Below are positions 39,928 to 41,795 of a DNA stretch of 41,795 bases, in pieces (positions within the stretch are counted from its first letter, which is position 1; the number at the start of each line of letters is the position of its first letter). A program made the position numbers and the translations under genes. The stretch spans positions 1 to 41,795 of the IMG/VR virus record IMGVR_UViG_3300043675_000009, one strand, 5' to 3'. The notes under the pieces are model-generated. The model was not told the origin of the DNA. It made no database searches and saw only the letters and a list, made by a program, of their open reading frames with translations. The stretch comes from a virus.

Positions 39928-40271
39928 TCAGGTCCTACGCCTATCCACGCGCTTCCACCGCGGCCCCTGCGGCCGCGAGGCCATACCATCCTCGAACCAC
40001 CCATCTCCGTGGGGCCTTAACGGCGCTCACCGATCGCGAGAATGAGGTGGTCGACCTGATCTGCGACGGGCACTCCAACGGCTCCATCGGCCGCCAATTC
40101 GAGATTTCCGAGGAGACGGTGAAGCGGCACATGACGAACATCTGCCAAAAGCTGCACGTGAACAGCCGCCTGGAGGTGGCCGTCATCGTGCTGAACACCC
40201 GGCACGCCGAGGAGATCGCCATGGTCCGACGCGAATGCAACATCTTCAACTTCGACCTGCAGAGCAATTGA
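39924..40271 (+). CDS. LuxR/GerE-type HTH transcriptional regulator
   Basis: LTDRENEVVDLICDGHSNGSIGRQFEISEETVKRHMTNICQKLHVNSRLEVAVIV. ATGA coupling to the upstream gene. Confidence 0.8.
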   Translation: MIRSYAYPRASTAAPAAARPYHPRTTHLRGALTALTDRENEVVDLICDGHSNGSIGRQFEISEETVKRHMTNICQKLHVNSRLEVAVIVLNTRHAEEIAMVRRECNIFNFDLQSN

Positions 40272-40285
40272 AAATACCCGCCATT

Positions 40286-40315
40286 TTGACGGGTTTTCGC
40301 GGCAGACGGTAAGAA
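40286..40315 (+). promoter_or_regulatory. Promoter-family copy C: TTGACG-N18-TAAGAA, ahead of the lysis cassette; overlaps a weak hairpin
   Basis: ATTTTGACGGGTTTTCGCGGCAGACGGTAAGAA. The hairpin ACCCG-N9-CGGGT followed by TTTCG may also terminate the LuxR transcript. Confidence 0.3.
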
Positions 40316-40429
40316 CAGCGTAGGCCGCGACAGGCGCCAGCTCCGCTCCCTCGAAAGCAGTCCCATCAACTTAGAGGCCAAGGAGCTCTCCGTCCTGACG
40401 CGCGCCGACACAATCGGCAAGGGACGCCC

Positions 40430-40780
40430 ATGGACCGCCACCAGCTCGACGACGAACAGGAGAAACACGTGGAAGAGCCTAAGAGCGCATGGCAGGGCCG
40501 CGTGGCCCTGGTGCTCGGCTCAACCATGCTCAGCTCCCTCATCAGCGTCGGCGTGGTCTCGGTGGGCTGGAAGGCATCGATCGACACCCTGAACGCGGTT
40601 ACCGCGGTCAAGATGAGCCAGCAGCAGGACAGGATCGACCGGCTCGATCGCGAGGCGGTCCGGGCCACCGACCTGGTCTACCGCGACCAGCTGCTCGATG
40701 CCAAACTCTCCGCGCTCAACATCAAGATCGAAGAGCTCAAGGATCAGGTCTCCAACCTTCCCCACCGCGAGACGCGATAA
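40430..40780 (+). CDS. Single-pass membrane protein with a coiled-coil tail (holin or i-spanin candidate)
   Basis: TM segment VALVLGSTMLSSLISVGVVSVGW followed by a heptad-rich region. First gene of the lysis cluster. Confidence 0.55.
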   Translation: MDRHQLDDEQEKHVEEPKSAWQGRVALVLGSTMLSSLISVGVVSVGWKASIDTLNAVTAVKMSQQQDRIDRLDREAVRATDLVYRDQLLDAKLSALNIKIEELKDQVSNLPHRETR

Positions 40781-40782
40781 CC

Positions 40783-40962
40783 ATGTCCTTGCTCACCGAC
40801 TCCCGCTGCAAAGACAAGTGGATCCTGCTGCGCACCATCGAGCTGCTGGCCCGCAAGCTGGTGGCGAAAGGGTATCCGGAGAGCAGCGACTGGGATGAGA
40901 CCGCGACCATCGCCTTCTCGCAGGCAACGGTGGAGTACGACGCTTCCGAGGTTAAGCGATGA
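40783..40962 (+). CDS. Hypothetical 59-aa protein
   Basis: ATG 3 nt after the upstream stop. ATGA coupling to the endolysin gene. Confidence 0.45.
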   Translation: MSLLTDSRCKDKWILLRTIELLARKLVAKGYPESSDWDETATIAFSQATVEYDASEVKR

Positions 40963-41453
40963 ACGCGCCTCCGCTGAAGGACCCGATCTCCGAAGAGCGG
41001 CTGGGCCCTTTGCACCCCGCTGTGGGATGGAAGGTCCGCGCGGCGGCAGTGTCCCTCGCAGCACGCGGCATATACTTCCGCGTCGCGTGCGGGCTGCGCA
41101 GCTACGCCGACGAAGACAAACTCTATTTGCAGGGACGCTTCGGCAACCCTGGCGATATCGTCACCGACGCCCGCGGCGGCTGGTCGAATCACAACTTTGG
41201 CTGCGCGGTGGATTGCTATCCCTTCCTGCACGGCTTCGCCGGCGATCTCAACTGGGTGCCGAAGTCCGCGCAATTCCAGCTGATGGTGCAGGCGCTCAAG
41301 GCGCAGGGCCTGGCCTGGGGCGGCGACTGGATCTCGATCCGCGACTGGCCACACTTTCAGCTCGGCAACATCCCCACCACCCCCACCCGCTTCGATCGCG
41401 ACGCCTTCGCCAGCGGCGGTCTCGATGCAGTTTGGAAACAGTACAGCGCGTAG
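40959..41453 (+). CDS. Endolysin, peptidase M15 (VanY / D-Ala-D-Ala carboxypeptidase-like)
   Basis: Motifs RSYADEDKLY.QGR, GGWSNHNFGCAVD and GLAWGGDW.....DWPHFQL. Confidence 0.85.
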   Translation: MNAPPLKDPISEERLGPLHPAVGWKVRAAAVSLAARGIYFRVACGLRSYADEDKLYLQGRFGNPGDIVTDARGGWSNHNFGCAVDCYPFLHGFAGDLNWVPKSAQFQLMVQALKAQGLAWGGDWISIRDWPHFQLGNIPTTPTRFDRDAFASGGLDAVWKQYSA

Positions 41454-41483
41454 CAAAAACGTTTTGGTTAAAAGGAGTTTTCT

Positions 41484-41795
41484 ATGTCGTTTCTCGGTTT
41501 TCTGAAAACAGCAGGCAAGGATTTTATGAAGGGCCTCGGCTTCGTGGTGAAGGATGCTCCGGAGATCACCGGGCTCGCCACCCTGCTCTTCCCTGCTTCC
41601 GTCGCGGCAACCGCCCCTGCCACGCTTGCGCTCACCCTGTTGCAGCGATGCATTCTCAGCATCGAGCAGAAGTATGCGGCCTCGAACGCACAGAGCGGTA
41701 CCGGAGCGCAGAAAGCTGCCGATGTGCTGACGCTGGCAGGCCCGGCCGCAACCCATCTTCTGACCCAGGCAGGAGTGCCCGCGGTCGATGACGCC
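41484..41795 (+). CDS. N-terminal part of the junction-spanning ORF (continues at 128..232 after the duplicated 127 bp)
   Basis: AAAGGAG RBS 6 nt before ATG 41484. The frame stays open to the window end and continues in phase at the window start. Confidence 0.5.
   Translation, partial: MSFLGFLKTAGKDFMKGLGFVVKDAPEITGLATLLFPASVAATAPATLALTLLQRCILSIEQKYAASNAQSGTGAQKAADVLTLAGPAATHLLTQAGVPAVDDA
41669..41795. repeat. 127-bp exact direct terminal repeat (copy 2)
   Basis: Identical to 1..127. Confidence 0.95.

Overview
The window is a complete, circularly closed element. Bases 1..127 are identical to 41669..41795, so the unique length is 41,668 bp. It is GC-rich and reads as a temperate lambda-like siphovirus that also carries a plasmid maintenance module, i.e. 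a candidate phage-plasmid.

Layout:
- Leftward arm (8095 -> 2829, minus strand): tyrosine integrase, two small hypotheticals, a Crp/Fnr-type regulator, small ORFs, ParA, an RHH ParG-like protein and a RepA-type initiator. A 4-iteron origin lies just beyond the rep gene.
- Rightward early arm (8234 -> 13362): about 17 tightly coupled small ORFs. They include two paralogous 180-aa proteins, Cys-rich proteins and a degenerate receiver domain.
- Morphogenesis arm (14297 -> 38968), in lambda order: Nu1-like TerS, GpA-type TerL, gpW-like, lambda-type portal, DNA methyltransferase, fused HK97 protease-major capsid protein, head-tail proteins, tail tube, G/GT chaperones with a GGGAAAA -1 slip site, tape measure, gpM/L/K-like proteins, fused gpI-gpJ and a modular tail fibre.
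- Then a secreted/lipoprotein-LuxR pair, and a lysis cassette (M15 endolysin) that runs across the circular junction. After the junction come SprT-like and GT-A glycosyltransferase-like accessory genes.

Most interesting observations:
1. A 2.1-kb antisense, partly low-GC cassette splits the tail operon. It encodes an Imm-type superinfection-immunity protein, three small membrane proteins and a mini-RHH.
2. Two antisense small genes lie between terL and the gpW-like gene, each with a duplicated 5' leader. One looks Acb2-like (a cyclic-nucleotide sponge).
3. A five-member conserved promoter family. In two copies the ATG follows 7-8 nt after the -10 box.
4. A G10 tract inside the methyltransferase ORF.
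5. The iteron/TACTAG origin.

No tRNA, rRNA or CRISPR array was seen. All functional calls come from motif and layout recognition by eye; no database search was run.
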